Below are positions 13,454 through 25,700 of a stretch of DNA of 64,000 nt, piece by piece (the stretch's first letter is position 1; every line of letters begins with the position of its first letter). The stretch comes from Octopus bimaculoides (Eukaryota), in the NCBI RefSeq assembly GCF_001194135.2, contig NC_068984.1, forward strand, positions 25,992,735-26,056,734, written 5' to 3'. The position numbers and the translations under genes are program-made. The notes under the pieces are model-generated. The model was given only the letters and a program-made list of their open reading frames with translations. It was not told where the DNA came from and searched no databases.

Positions 13454-14131
13454 TACCCCAACAGTGGCATCACCTATCAAGGCAATTATATCCGGTTCAA
13501 AATAATGTATTACAGTAATAAATTATAGTGTAAAGTAGTTGAGAATTAGAACCAAAAAGACACCTTATAATAATCCAGTAGAGGCGAGGGAAACTCTAGT
13601 CAATCTTAAATCATTGTAGATTAGCTTTCTTGGATTATCAAAAGGAATTTTTGTTGGACATGTAGATTGCAGTATATTGGTGATACGAAGTTTTTGACGA
13701 ACCAGCTGTTTTATCCAGTTTTCTCTCTCAAATGGAATTACTCTACCAACAATTCTACAAGGGCACTGCGACTCAGGGTTGCATGTGGTCCATAGTACGT
13801 TTTGTATGTCATACCTTACGAAAAATTCCCTTGCATTTTTTTCCGTAGTGCGACTCATGATGAACTATGATGAACTATGACTATGATGAACTATGTCTCA
13901 TGTGACCCGCTTCTTGGAAAAGGTGACCCATGTCTGGCATATATATTTGTAACTGGCAAAACTACCACAGTTTCCCTCCACATTTTAAAATTTGTGGATT
14001 AGGTAGTTTTTTATTTATGTAGTTCTTATGCGTTTTTCAAAGATTTTGAGCAGGAAGAAATATGAAACGAATAAATGAGAATACATAGTTTGATACATAA
14101 GCAACTTGAACTTCTGATTATTCACACACAT

Positions 14132-14188
<57 letters not shown>

Positions 14189-14700
14189 CATACATACGTA
14201 CATACATACATACATACATACATATGAATTCATCTTCCATGCTGTAATCATTATATACATGTATACATATACACTACTGCATTTTATAAAACCATCCTTG
14301 TTTATTGATATTACACATTCATTCATGTCGGTCATTCGTCTGACGATTGCTAGAATATAATCCATAACATGAAACTTGATGTCACAAAGTCTAACCAACA
14401 AGATATTAAATACAATGAATAACGATACCCACTGCATGTGCCAAGTACTTTTAGGTAGGGTGGAATAATTATTTAAAGCTGAGTTTTCACCAATCGCTAC
14501 TCGGAGTTTTTCCCACAGTCAACTGACACGGTATTTTTGAAGCTTTCTTAGACACATCACAGATGGCTTGAGTGACACTGGTTAGGTAATGTAGATCAGG
14601 AGTCACCGAAAAACAAATACCGCATTAAGAAAATCACTTAACAAAAACATTGGGTTACATTATTTCGGATATCATTCAAGAAATTATATTCACTTATATG

Positions 14701-14917
14701 GTTTCAAATTTTTGCAGAAAACCATTAGTTTTAGAAGAGAAGCGGTAGTGTATTACATCGACCCCAGTTCTTAAGTGGTTCGTTATTTTATCGATCCCGA
14801 AAGAATGAAAAGTGATGTCGACCTCGGCGGAATTTGAACACAGAGCGTAATGAGCCGGAAAAAATGCCGCTAAGAATTTTTACCGATTTGTTAACAATTC
14901 TGACAGTTCGCCGCCCT
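14701..14917 (-). mobile_element. tRNA-derived SINE family A
   Basis: Reverse complement begins GGCGGCGAACTGTCAGAATTGTTA and contains GTTCAAATTCCGCCGAGGTCGAC (B-box) and the CTGGGGTCGATGTAAT body. Confidence 0.85.
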
Positions 14918-15101
14918 GCATTTACTTATAATGAAACTACATTTTAATTATCGTAAAAACCATATATACATACATACTTACATGCATACATTTAAATGGA
15001 CCGACACCTGCCTCTTTGGGATCATATAATATGTATACACACGCACGCACGTACACACACGCGCGCACACACATACACCCCCTCACGTATACACATAATA
15101 T

Positions 15102-15249
15102 TTGTTTCAAATTTTGGGGTGGGGTGTGGTAAGTCGATTACATCAACTCTATTGCTTTACTTTCGAAAGGATGAAAGGCGGAATTTGAATTCAGAACATC
15201 ACGTGACAGAGGAAAAACCGGTAACGATTCTACCAGATCACCGCCTTCC
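15102..15249 (-). mobile_element. SINE family A, internally deleted and degraded
   Basis: Partial matches to the head, GAATTCAAATTCCGCC and TTTCATCCTTTCG. Confidence 0.65.
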
Positions 15250-15949
15250 ATTCACATATAATAAAACTAAATTTTAATTATAATTATAATTAAAACTATG
15301 TATGGTATATACATACATACACACACATACATAATACATATATGCATGCATGCATGCATACATACATACATACATACATACGTACCTACCTACCTACATA
15401 CATGCATGCATACATACATACATACATACATACATACATGCATGAATACATGCATACATACATACATACATATATACATACATACACACATACAAACATA
15501 CATATTTCGCTTATATTTTCTTTTACGTGTTCCAATCATTTGCCTGCGGCCACATTGCAGTACAGCATTGCAGTACACATTACTTACCACTTTGCAGTAC
15601 AGCTAATCGTCCTACTTTAAATACATTGCGATAGTGTTCTGTGCAAGTCTTTAGAAAATTTAGATAATTTTGTCTAACCTCAAGTCCATCTTTCTCCATT
15701 TTGTACAAGATCATCTGATCATATGTGCAGTCTATATGTTTCCAGTTAAGTTGTTTTTCATTGACATCTCGTCATTGTCGTCTGATCATTACGTCTCATC
15801 GTCGTCATTCGAATATCTCTAACGTGTGTAAGACAACCTCAAAAATCACAGGGCCAGTCGGCTGAAGACCGGAACAAAGGAACTCCATGAAGTGACTCGT
15901 ACATGCTAAGCTTTGACTGATATTGCAATATGTATGTATGTATGTGTGC

Positions 15950-16730
15950 GCGCGTTCGAATTGCGGAGTAGGTAAAACAGGGGACAACTGATGAAGGGAT
16001 TATTCTTCATGTTGCTTGTCTCGTTTCTCTATTTGTTTCATTCGCTGTTCGAAAGAAATTCGTTTTCCATGTTTTTATTTTTTAATGTTCTCGTTATTCA
16101 TGTTGTTCACGTTTTTTTGACATCCTGTACCCATATATGCATGTGTATATACATATATATGTAGGTATGTACATGTATGTATGTATATATATGCATATAA
16201 TTTATATAAAGGGCATTAACTATGTAGTAATGCCTCACGCTTAGAGGGAGCGTGAGGCATTACTACATAGTTAATGCCCTTTATATAAATTATAAATTAT
16301 ATATATTTATGGAAAAAAATGAGAAATTTTTTTTCATTATGAGGTTTTTTTCACGCTGACTACTTGATAAATTCTTATAAAGATTTTATCCTATATCATA
16401 TATGCATATATATATATATGTATTATTTATATTATTGTATGATCGAACGCCACGCATCCATTGCCAAGTATATGTGTATATACATATATATGCATATATA
16501 CTCGTATATACTTATATATTTATACTTATATATTTATGTATAGGCAAATCAAAATTAAAAACAACAGAAAAAACAATAAAAGCCAAAAGGACGTACGTGG
16601 TGAATGTATTAGATGGACGCTCAGAGAAGGTTTAAGATGGAAAAGGAGGGAGGGGTGATGTTTCGAGCCTGACTCTTCGTCAGATAGAGGAAAGAGGAAA
16701 AAGTTCAAAGAGAAGGAAAGAATAGTCCAA
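15950..16730. mobile_element. Putative Penelope-derived non-autonomous repeat with internal palindrome
   Basis: Contains CTGATGAAGG (+, ~15988), CTGACGAAGAG..CTCGAAAC (-, 16659-16683), microsatellite spacers and a perfect 46-bp-arm palindrome. Such motifs are typical of PLE termini. Confidence 0.4.
16196..16294. repeat. Perfect inverted repeat, 46-bp arms, 7-nt loop
   Basis: TATAATTTATATAAAGGGCATTAACTATGTAGTAATGCCTCACGCT - TAGAGGG - exact reverse complement. Confidence 0.97.
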
Positions 16731-17629
16731 AGAAAGACGGTTCGTCAACCCCACCCCATACTGTACCTTATGGATTCAGATATCTTTTGTTGTGACTTCG
16801 GTGTTTCATCGGTGACTGGTGTTTTGAGACCGAGATGAAGTAAATATATTCTCATTGTGGAAACAAAATTACTTCCGTATATGGGTATTATGTGATACAT
16901 CATAGGGTAAAACTGGAGAAATAGCATGTTGCCATCAAATAAATTTTGACGATTTCCACACTTGCAGTGACGTCATCGAATCTGGTGGAGTTGATGAAAC
17001 TGTCTCATTCTTTCAAACAACATAATGCAAACAATGTATGAACTGATAAAAACCAAGTTATAAACATAATACAATTAATAACTGTTCGAAAATTTTCATC
17101 ATTTAACTTTCTAACTATGAGGTGTGATGTCGTAACAGAAGAATTACACAATGCAATCTGTCGAAAGGATAGTTCTGATGGTAAAAATATAAGATATTAT
17201 AGTGAAGAAGAGGGTACATTCTCCTATAAGACGAAAGAATACTTGGTGAATGTTCCATTTAAAATCAGCATAATATGTAACCATAACAGACGAGACATTA
17301 TGATCTGGACAGAGAAAAGAAATTGTAGCAGAAATCAGTTGTCTGACAGACGATAACTAAATGTTAAAGATAAAAACAAAGAAGTAATGATAATCTGTAG
17401 ATAAGACACCCGGGGTGTAACTTTGGATTTATGCCTCTGATTATTAGGGGGCTCGATTACGTAACTAGACTTGAAAATTGTGCTTCCCCAAACCAGAAAA
17501 GATACGGCTAATTAAGAAATTTTAATTGTGAGTCATTAACAGAACTGTGAAAATATATATTAAACTATAAATAGGTGCAAATATATATATGTAAATATAT
17601 ATATGCAAATATATATATGTAAATAGGTG

Positions 17630-17675
<46 letters not shown>

Positions 17676-17941
17676 CACACAAACACACATATACATATAT
17701 GTGTGTGTGTATATATGTACACACACATATATATGTATATACATATACATATATGTGCATGTGTATATAAATACATATTTATGTATGTATATAGATACGT
17801 ATGTAGATACGTATATAGATATGTATATATACATATAGACAAACGCTATGCATACACGCATGCCTATCACGTGCATGAAAATAAAATGTCGTTAGGATAA
17901 CTAATGCACTTGAGGAGGATCGTGAAAAAAAACCCTGACAG

Positions 17942-18086
17942 AGAAGAAGAAGAAGAAGAAGAAGAAGAAGAAGAAGAAGAAGAAGAAGAAGAAGAAGAAG
18001 AAGAAGAAGAAGAAGAAGAAGAAGAAGAAGAAGAAGAAGAAGAAGAAGAAGAAGAAGAACAACAACAACAACAACAACAACAACAA
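17942..18086. repeat. (GAA)n(CAA)n compound microsatellite
   Basis: Direct reading; source of the poly-E, poly-S and poly-F ORFs. Confidence 0.97.
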
Positions 18087-18874
18087 ATAAACTGGTTCAC
18101 TGAGAAAACTGAACATTTGTAATTCGAAACGAAAAATTCAGACCATGGAGGAATAAACCATAATGTGAGCCGAGTATGGATTTTCGACAAATTTGTAACA
18201 TCTTGCCTATTCAATACAGAAGTAAATACCTACTACACAAAAGACTGAAATCAATAGCTGGCAGCAAAGCGAAATCCGAAGGCATTAATCACATTATTGT
18301 CCACTGTGAAAAAATGTCTTCAAGATATTATCTTCTTCTCTTGAGCTATGACGTGTTAGTCAAAAACCATCTAGAATAACGTGTGAAAGAAAAAAATAGC
18401 AGTTTATAAATATTGGTATGTCGAGGTCGATTAATCGAAATTATATTATTGAAACCAAAGAATGAAAGCAACGTCTACACTAAAACAAAGTCGATTTGAA
18501 TTTGTTGGTTGGAACCGCAAAATATAAACATAATCTGCCGTGGAAGCCAGCTGCTCACTTGATGTCAGTATGAGAAAATATTGGAGAGAGAAGATATCTA
18601 GGGACCAGTGATGAGAAATTTGCTTACCCAGTACAGTATCCTGTTTTCCCCATAGCTTACTACACACTTTGAAATACCCCATTCAGTCTAGCGTAAATAC
18701 ATTTTCACCTTTATATCCATTATTATTGGAGCAGTAGAGTACGCAGCAAACCGCCTGGTTTAAAGTATGGCTGAACTTGGATTCTCGGAGAAAGAAAGTA
18801 GCTCTAAAAGTCATATGTTACAGATGACCATAATATACGCTTCAAGTTTAGACGGTGAATGGTTGTGCTAAAGG

Positions 18875-18877
<3 letters not shown>

Positions 18878-18956
<79 letters not shown>

Positions 18957-19153
18957 ATTTGTCCTTCCACCATCACTTGACAACCGATGTTGGTGTGTTT
19001 ACGTCCCCGTAACTTAGCGGTTCGGCAAAACAGGCCGATAGAATAAGTACTAGGCTTACAAAGAATAAGTCCAGGGGTCGATTTGTTCGACTAAAAGCGG
19101 TGCTCCAGCATGGCTGCAGTCAAGATGACTGAAACAAATAAAAGAATAAAAGA

Positions 19154-19154
<1 letters not shown>
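18878..19154 (+). mobile_element. SINE family B, 3' half preceded by its internal (GT)n
   Basis: CTTGACAACCGATGTTGGTGTGTTTACGTCCCCGTAACTTAGCGGTTCGGC...GCGGTGCTCCAGCATGGC...GACTGAAACAAATAAAAGAATAAAAGAAT, homologous to the full copy at 35.8-36.2 kb. Confidence 0.9.
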
Positions 19155-19212
<58 letters not shown>

Positions 19213-20154
19213 NNNNNNNNNNNNNNNNNNNNNNNNNNNNNNNNNNNNNNNNNNNNNNNNNNNNNNNNNNNNNNNNNNNNNNNNNNNNNNNNNNNNNNNN
19301 NNNNNNNNNNNNNNNNNNNNNNNNNNNNNNNNNNNNNNNNNNNNNNNNNNNNNNNNNNNNNNNNNNNNNNNNNNNNNNNNNNNNNNNNNNNNNNNNNNNN
19401 NNNNNNNNNNNNNNNNNNNNNNNNNNNNNNNNNNNNNNNNNNNNNNNNNNNNNNNNNNNNNNNNNNNNNNNNNNNNNNNNNNNNTATATATATATATATA
19501 TATATATGCTTCTACTTAACATATGGTATTTATCCTGGTGTAATGTCACCTCATTGTTGGTTTTGAACTAATTAGTGAGTGTAGGAAGGCTTAATTACAA
19601 GTAGTAAATCATTTTATGCATTTACTTATTTCTATAACCATAGTTGTTGTTGTTCATATTGTTTTTGTTATTGCTGACTTCAAGGCTCGAAATGTTTCCT
19701 TTCTTGCCAACTTAGGTCATCGGAGTGAGGAACAAAATTCAAACATGTTTAATTCAGTTTATTACAATTTAATTATGTTTAATTTATTTATCATTTTTTT
19801 TTATAGATAACATCTTAAGAGACTCGCTAACGACTTAGCTTGATAAACTAGCACTCGTTTGGTGAATGATCCAAACATTCTACCAATCGACGACGATTGA
19901 CTATCGATACGAAAATCGAAATTATCAGAGTAAGCAATGTGAAAATCCTTTGCCCTTATACGGCGCAGAACAGTCAAATGAATTATTTTTCATCCAACAC
20001 AGAATCAGAAATAAGCAACAGAATCAGAAGGGGGCAACACGGCAATAGTAGTAGCAGTAGCAGCAGCAGCAGCAGTAACAAAAAGCCGAGCAGTAATAAG
20101 AGCAGCGGTAACTAAGGCGAGGTACGCCAACGTTACTACGGGCCAAAGAAGGAA

Positions 20155-20335
20155 CTTTTACGTGGCAGCTTGACCTGCTAGAAATAGCAACCAATTTTCC
20201 TTCGAGCTACAACCTACGGTTTTAGAACAAGGGCATTGGATAAGGTTGTCTTAGATGCATTATGTTGGGGGCCATGTTGAAATGCCTTTGTCATAGGGTT
20301 CTTCAATTAAAGTCGACCTATGACTAAACAACGAT
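20155..20335 (+). mobile_element. Interspersed repeat family E
   Basis: GACCTGCTAGAAATAGCA..., CATTGGATAA and ATGCCTTTGTCATAGG blocks. Confidence 0.65.
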
Positions 20336-22941
20336 ATTCAACGACGACTACGTCCTCGCCGCTGCCGCTGCCGCTGCCGCTGCCGCTGCCGCTGCCGCTG
20401 CCGCTGCCGCTGATGCTGCCGATGCCGCCAATGCCGTCAATGCCNNNNNNNNNNNNNNNNNNNNNNNNNNNNNNNNNNNNNNNNNNNNNNNNNNNNNNNN
20501 NNNNNNNNNNNNNNNNNNNNNNNNNNNNNNNNNNNNNNNNNNNNNNNNNNNNNNNNNNNNNNNNNNNNNNNNNNNNNNNNNNNNNNNNNNNNNNNNNNNN
20601 NNNNNNNNNNNNNNNNNNNNNNNNNNNNNNNNNNNNNNNNNNNNNNNNNNNNNNNNNNNNNNNNNNNNNNNNNNNNNNNNNNNNNNNNNNNNNNNNNNNN
20701 NNNNNNNNNNNNNNNNNNNNNNNNNNNNNNNNNNNNNNNNNNNNNNNNNNNNNNNNNNNNNNNNNGCCGCCGACGACGAAATGATTACGACGACCACGAC
20801 AATCATTAATACAAGTATCGCCAGATCTATCAGATACAGAAGATAGAAAATTTGCTTAGAGGAGGATGCTAAGCAGGTAAATGAAAATGTTTAATTGTAG
20901 CATGCATTGAGTAAGGGAAACAATAAATGAAGCCACAACTACATCAGTACACCCACTAAAGCCCCGAGAAAATATTATAATTTTATTGTATGCGTTTTCT
21001 AAAAATTGGTTATCCACAAACACATGGTATGGGGGTGAAACTGTGAATAAGGGGACATTTAATAAACAGTCTTATATAAGAAAGTAGCAGTGATTGTCAC
21101 TGACGCCAAACAGTCGACTTGCTGACACTATGGCTTTTCTCGGATGCAAGAACAAGATTTTAGGGTTCGACTATTCCTTTCATCCTTTAGAAAGTAAGTA
21201 CCAGTTAAGTGCAAGAGTCAATTACATTGACTTCCCTCTGTTCTAAAAATTAGAAAAAAATATTAATGTTATTGTCGTAAAATATATTAAACTAAGCTAT
21301 TACAATCAAACGAAGTCTGTGTAATTAGAGCTAAATCGTTTATCGGTGACAAAAGGCTGAGATCCAGAGGAAGACATTAATGTTATGATTAGATTTTAAT
21401 TTGACAAGAAACAAAAATCAGACACTTTCGCCAAACTTGTTTGGAAATTATGAAGCACTGTTAGTAGGTTTTGAAACTGAAACTTAAAGAATTCTCACAA
21501 CTGTTAACAGTGAAGGTGGTGCATTAAAACATTCTGAAGTCAGAAGATTCAATGTGTTGTTGAGCTTGCCCTTCAGTAGCTCTTATTTCTCCAGTGTTTT
21601 AAGTTCGAGAGCGATGGTTATACAATTATTATTGTGGCTTAACCCCAGGTCATTCTCGATTGAGCAGACCTATGATCAAAGGCATCCCGACCGTGACTAA
21701 CCCCCTCTCTCTTTTTATTCAGACACTATATAACTATATATTTTATAATCCTTTCATAAATGAGTGAATGACCATGGTATGTTTTGAAGAGATTTTGAGA
21801 ATGATTGAGGAAAGGGAGTAAATTATCCACAATATGAAGACAACACCAGATGCTTGTAACAAAATGAACACCGCTAGAAGCACCCGAAATCGGGCGTCAG
21901 GGAAGACCCAGTTTAACCATTTGACAATTAAGTCTGCCAACATGAAATCAGAGTGCAAATATCCAGTACAAAACACACAAAAGATCTAAGTTAGCTGCTT
22001 TAACAATCCTGCCAATTCACGGCCGAAGATTAATGTTTAATTTTAACGACTCCAGAAGGATGGAGGACAAAGTTGATATCAGTGGTATTTAAACCCAGAG
22101 TGTACAGATCCACGCGTGTGTTTAGTAGTCATTCTAGCAATTTCCAATCACGAGCTATGGGTCAGTTTGTCAACTCGAGGCAGCTATGTCACAAGTCACT
22201 CGACCAAAGTGTCGCACCGAAGGTTCGATCCCGAAGCCAATTTCTTTTTTGTCCTTTTGCAAACCGAACTTAACCTCATAGCAATGGCTTTTAGTGGCTG
22301 TGCTTAAGAATCTCGATCAGCAATAGATCAGCATATATTAAAACAACAGCAAAACAAAACATGTTCTGCCTGCAAAACCATTTTCCTAGCGATTCACTAA
22401 GGACGTTGAAGAATTTGCGTGGGCAGGGTTACACTTTCTACACTGTATAAACATTTAACGTAAATGACACATGTAAGACAGTTGATAACTGCCTCCTGAG
22501 TGGGCGTTTTATTCCAGATGCTCAATAAATTCGATATTTCCTAGGTTAGCTCCGTTCTCTCTCTCCTTCTAATTTGATTACTTTTGCCTCTTTTGTTTTA
22601 TTGTTGTTTCTATATTTCTTTGCATCTTTCTTTCTTTCTTTCTTTTATATATTTCTACATTCTTGCTTTCCGTATTTCTTTCATTTTGATTATTTTGTCT
22701 ACTTTTCATTTTCTATATCCTTATTTACTTCATTTATTGCTTCTCTTCATTCCTACTTTCCTTTTCTTTTTATTCTCCTCCGCCGCCTCCATTCTCTCTC
22801 TCTCTCTCTCTCTCTCTTTCATCCTCTCTTTCTATCTCTCTCTATCTGCTCAACTCAATACAAAATTGAAGCATGTCATATCTGTTCTATATACCACTCC
22901 ACGTGTAACATTATGACATGATACAGACCATTCTAAATATT

Positions 22942-23175
22942 TATTTCTTTATTGCCCACAAGGGGCTAAACACAGAGGGGACAAACAAGGACAGACAAAG
23001 GGTGTAAGTCGATTACGTCGACCCCAGTGCGTAACAGGTACTTATTTAATCTACTCCGAAAAGATTAAAGGCAAAAGTCGACCTCGGAGGAATTTGAACT
23101 AAGAACGTAACGGCAGACAAAATACCACTAAACATTTCGCCCAGGGTGCTAACGTTTCTGCCACTTCGCCACATT
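22942..23175 (-). mobile_element. SINE family A, full length, with 16-bp TSD
   Basis: Head to tail (..CCCCTTGTGGGCAATAAAGAAAT); GACCATTCTAAATATT at 22926-22941 and 23176-23191. Confidence 0.93.
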
Positions 23176-23418
23176 GACCATTCTAAATATTATATATATA
23201 TATGTATGTATGTATGTGTGTGTGTGTGTGTGTGTGTNNNNNNNNNNNNNNNNNNNNNNNNNNNNNNNNNNNNNNNNNNNNNNNNNNNNNNNNNNNNNNN
23301 NNNNNNNNNNNNNNNNNNNNNNNNNNNNNNNNNNNNNNNNNNNNNNNNNNNNNNNNNNNNNNNNNNNNNNNNNNNNNNNNNNNNNNNNNNNNNNNNNNNN
23401 NNNNNNNNNNNNNNNNNN

Positions 23419-23450
<32 letters not shown>

Positions 23451-23970
23451 TGCATAAATAAATATCTAGATGTATATGTGCATGTATGTATACATATATT
23501 AATATTTCTTTATGTTTAGTTTTAATAAAAAAATAATGTGGCAGTCCTGGATGGGACGGGTGAGAGGCTCACCACCCCCATCCAGCACAAAGCAACATCT
23601 GTGGACCGGTTTCTGGGTTATTTATCAGCACTTCGAAAATATAAGGACACAAATATTGTGTCGTATGGCCAGCTGGAAACGACGTTTCTTGGGACTAAAC
23701 AACAGTAGCATTCGTCCCATTCAGGACTGCCACATTATGTTGGCAAATAGTCTTTACTTTAAAGTATCGTTACTGAATATCTCTCTTTGAGAGATTTAGA
23801 AATAATAATGTTTCTATTTAATACAAACAATTTTGCATCAGTCTGAAGGGTTACTCTGTATTTTTGTGGCGCACAAATTTATTATTCTTAAACAAGAATA
23901 TAATTGACAGGGAATTCTAAGTTTCGGCCAGCTAAGCCATCGTCGGACTGTGTGTGTGTGTGTGTGTGTA

Positions 23971-24002
<32 letters not shown>

Positions 24003-24547
24003 TGTGTATGTGTGTGTGGTATTGTCGTGTATATATCAATATATTTGTTGCTATATATCGCCGGTCACAGTGCGCTTCGCATTGTTTTAACTTTTGAAAG
24101 ATGTTAGCCCACTGGCTAGGTTGGCAGGCCAATGCACACACACACACACGCACACACACACACATACACACACACGATTGGCACAAAGACATCCTTTTAT
24201 TTCTCCACATAAGTTTTAGCTTTGGGTGCCCTATCATCAGTTTTTTTGTGACTTCAACTTCAAGAAGTCGCTACAGTGCTCGCCGTGGTAATGACATAAA
24301 GCATCACATTTTATACCACGCGTGACAAATAGGTTCAACTACCGATAGCATTTTCTCATTGGATTTTACAATTACAGGTATCATAGTTATTTTCCAAGAG
24401 AGACAAAATGTATATTCTGACGTTCAAATGTTTCTAAAGGAATTAGTATTTTTAACATTTCCGACTGAGAATCAAAACTACAACTTTGATTTAAAGTGTT
24501 TATTATTGTCCACTGCCTCTATATGTTACTCTACACACAATACAATT

Positions 24548-24927
24548 TGTTGGCACTCCGTCGCTTACGACGTCGAGTGTTCCAGTTGATCCGATCAACG
24601 GAACAGCCTGCTCGTGAAATTAACGTGCAAGTGGCTGAGCACTCCACAGACACGTGTACCCTTAACATAGTTCTCGGGGATATTCAGCTTGACACAGTGT
24701 GACAAGGCTGACCCTTTGAATTACAGCTAAAACAGAAACAGGAAGTAAGAGTGAGAGAAAGTTGTGGTGGAAGTGTACAGCAGGGTTGGCCACCATGCCC
24801 TGCCGGAGCCTCGTGGTGCTTTAGGTGCTTTCGCTCAATAAACACACACAACACCCGGTCTGGGAATCGAAACCGCGATCCTATGACCGCGAGTCCGCTG
24901 CCCTAACCACTGGGCCATTGCGCCTCC
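24548..24927 (-). mobile_element. tRNA-derived SINE family D, full length
   Basis: Head GGAGGCGCAATGGCCCAGTGGTTAGGGCAGCGGACTCGCGGTC..GGTTTCGATTCCCAGACC with A- and B-boxes; 3' end ..CGTAAGCGACGGAGTGCCAACA; highly similar to 58051-58425. Confidence 0.93.
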
Positions 24928-25299
24928 TAAACAGTACAATATACAAGTTAAAAATCATATATTTTACAAGTCAGAGAAAGGGAAAAAAAGAATTAAACTT
25001 TTTTTCAGATTAATAAGATGTTAAAGGTGTTATGAGGCATTGCCCTAGATATCCGCATTTCTTTCTCCTGTCTTCTTTTATTTTTAATCTTCCTGGGTGG
25101 CATACTCTATGGCTATATTTTGTTTTCATTTTTGTTTGGCTATTTTATAATTTTGAAGTTGAATCAAGTACCGATAACTGTTGCTTCCTTTATCGGTTGG
25201 AAAAAGGTTGACTTTTAGCTGCTAGCCTCAGGGGAGGTAAGGCTGTGAATACTGCCAACATCTGATATCTGTCTTATAGGCATTAATCGGAAGCTCTAT

Positions 25300-25550
25300 G
25301 GTCTCTCAAGTGTCATAATGGTGTGTCTATATTGCCTGGTCAGGCAACATGAGATTCTCAGGCAGCTGGAAATGTCTTTGAATTCAGTCGAGCCGATCTG
25401 ACAAACGTCATGTTTTTTTTTCTCAGTCCTTTGCGTTCCCTTCTCCTCTCGGCTGCTATTTTGGTTTCGCATTATGGACGTCTGTTTCCATACTTTGAAT
25501 ATCATTCTTTTCTCAACACAAATGCCATAAATGTATATCCTATACGACTC
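25300..25550 (-). pseudogene. Possible RTE-type LINE C-terminal remnant
   Basis: Fragmentary peptides ETKIAAERRRERK and NSKTFP resemble RTE ORF C-termini; strongly decayed. Confidence 0.3.
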
Positions 25551-25555
25551 TACCA

Positions 25556-25700
25556 TCTTCTTCTTCTTCTTCTTCTTCTTTTTCTTCTTCTTCTTCTTCT
25601 TCTTCTTCTTCTTCTTCTTCTTCTTCTTCTTCTTTTTCTTCTTCTTCTTCTTCTTCTTCTTCTTCTTCTTCTTCTTCTTCTTCTTCTTCTTCTTCTTCTT
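25556..25700. repeat. (TTC)n microsatellite
   Basis: Direct reading. Confidence 0.97.

Noticed and set aside
15985-16070. CTGATGA on the plus strand
   Set aside because: No correctly placed GAAA, helix III or helix I partner.
24853-24927. tRNA-like sequences (also at ~36170-36237 and ~58350-58425)
   Set aside because: They are heads of SINEs, continuing into SINE bodies (with a TSD at the 58-kb copy); not tRNA genes.
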